Of a stretch of 64,000 nucleotides of DNA, positions 62,273 to 64,000 are shown piece by piece (positions within the stretch are counted from its first letter, which is position 1; each line of letters begins with the position of its first letter). A program made the position numbers and the translations under genes. Location of the stretch: NCBI GenBank assembly GCA_043228905.1, contig JBHGNT010000017.1, positions 13,640,001 through 13,704,000 of the forward strand, in the 5' to 3' direction. This stretch comes from Azolla caroliniana (taxonomy: Eukaryota; Plantae; Polypodiophyta). Under the pieces are notes generated by a model that saw nothing but the letters and a program-made list of their open reading frames with translations, was not told where the DNA came from and searched no databases.

Positions 62273-63630
62273 ACGTGAGTCCAACTCATCGATATTGCTC
62301 TCCGAATTTGACTCTCTGATCCGGCTCTGGCTTACTCAGCCGATACGGATCTGGTTGAGCTTGTCCGCTCAACAACGTCGTATTCTAGCATCTTCTTCTT
62401 TCCCTTCACTTTACACATGAACCGTCTCCTTGGTTTGTTGCGCGGGGATAACACGACCGAGTCTCCATTACTCACTAGTTCTTCATCCGGCTGGTCATTC
62501 TGACTTAGTCTTTCATTCAACCCACTTAGTCGGAATGAAATCAGACTCTTTTTTAGAGTGCCGAACTCTTCTTCCTCTTTTGCCCAGATCATTTTGGGCT
62601 CATTGGCCTCATCCTAAGTAATCGTGTGTTCGGTGTGGTCAAGTGTTGGAGTTGGAGTCGGTAAGGAGTACCATGATGCTAACTAGTCAAATTCGACATC
62701 TCAATGTACTCAAACTTCTTTGGTGCGAGGATTATAACACTTATACCCCTTCTGTTCGTGTGAGTAGTTGACTAGAATACACTTCTCAAACTTCGGGTCC
62801 AGCTTTTTCCGCTTCTCATCCGGTACATGCACATAGCCAATGCTACCAAATACCCTAAGGTGTCTTAAGTTTGGCTTCCGCCTGAAATACAACTCTATGC
62901 TGACACCTTCTCCCCGATCCGATTTTGGATGTAAACGGTCGTCCAGATTGCCTCGGCCCAATAGAATTTGGGCATGCTCTTCTCCTCCATCATTGCCCAT
63001 GCCGCTTCCACAATTGGACAATTCTTCCTTTCGGCTACGCCGTTTTATTCCGGCGTATATTTGAAGCTGAATTCTCTCCGAATTCCCTTCTACTGTAAAT
63101 AACAAATGAATTGGCTAGAAAAGTATTATTTTTCGCCATCTGACTGCGAGCACTTTATCTTCTTCTCGATTTCCCTTTCGACGAAACTTTGAAGGTTCCG
63201 AAAATTGTCGAAGACTTCATTCTTCTTTACGATGAGGTAGATCCATGTGTGTTGGCTATAGTCGTTGATGAAGGAGTTCCGACCACTAAATCTTGGCAAG
63301 CCGAATACTACTTGTTTTGACTGCAAATCCAGAAGCCTTTGGTAGTTGACATGACCGTGACCGATCCGCTTGTGCCATAAGTCGATATCCGACTCAACTT
63401 TTTGTCCTTTGGCGAATAGAGTGGTGCCAATGTTATTGGTGTCGAGGATAAACATCCTCTCGTCCCGGCGCCCTTGTGCAATGATCTAACCCTCTTCCTT
63501 GATGAAGCACCCAAGGTGGCTGAATCGAACTTGCATTCCAGCTCATCGATCCGGGTCTTGGCTTATTCAGCCGATCTGGATCAGCTTGTCCGCTCAACAG
63601 CCATTGTAGGAACCTTTTCGCCAACATCAT
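62273..63630 (-). mobile_element. Decayed Copia integrase region
   Basis: LWHKRIGH, KPNLRHLRVFGSIGYVHVPDEKRKKLDPK, GYKCYNP. Confidence 0.88.
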
Positions 63631-64000
63631 GTGTTCTTTGGTTCAAATCTCTTGCAAACCTGTTCGTGTAGTATGCACTTTGATGTGACAACAACCTTAC
63701 TACATTTAGGAGATCATATGGTTTCTCCAATATTAAACCTCTTAAAAGGTATACACAATATGGGCACTTAACCTTGGGTAGAAATAAGTTGTCATTTTGG
63801 GCAAAAGGTGAGTATATACCATGGAAAAACATGAATCTGAGCTTCGTGGTGGCATGTTGTTAATATTATGTGGGCATTTAAATGTTCAAAATTTATTATG
63901 GTTCAACAATTGGTGCTCTCTTGGCAACAACAATGCTTGAAATTGTTCAACTAGAAAGCCCTTGAGTGTAGAAAAGATAGTAATTCCTTGGCAATAGAAA

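Overview
Land-plant nuclear DNA. A LF4/MOK-type ciliary kinase relic, TTTAGGG telo-boxes and the TE families suggest a fern or another lineage with flagellated sperm (inference). The first ~10 kb holds one intact intronless gene (MASS/At1g80180-like MAPK substrate, 5216-5623) with a telo-box/GA-rich promoter. A truncated MOK/LF4 pseudogene (minus, 12177-18317) carries a full-length decayed Copia in intron 1, followed by a hAT MITE and a composite satellite. From 22.5 kb onward the window is a nest of Ty1/Copia elements and an unusual Ty3/Gypsy lineage (tRNA-Trp PBS, DHG protease, FLDD RT, probable -1 frameshift after the protease). An ~11.6 kb block of this nest is duplicated as an inverted repeat (27935-39503 / 40627-52280) around a spacer containing a 100-N gap. 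Two patterns stand out. First, the Gypsy LTRs carry antisense 72-nt tRNA-shaped modules (A box, B box, exact tRNA spacing, often a downstream T-run) in several diverged families. Second, the TATA box sits inside an inverted repeat in nearly every LTR family present. Family labels A-F are local names used only here.
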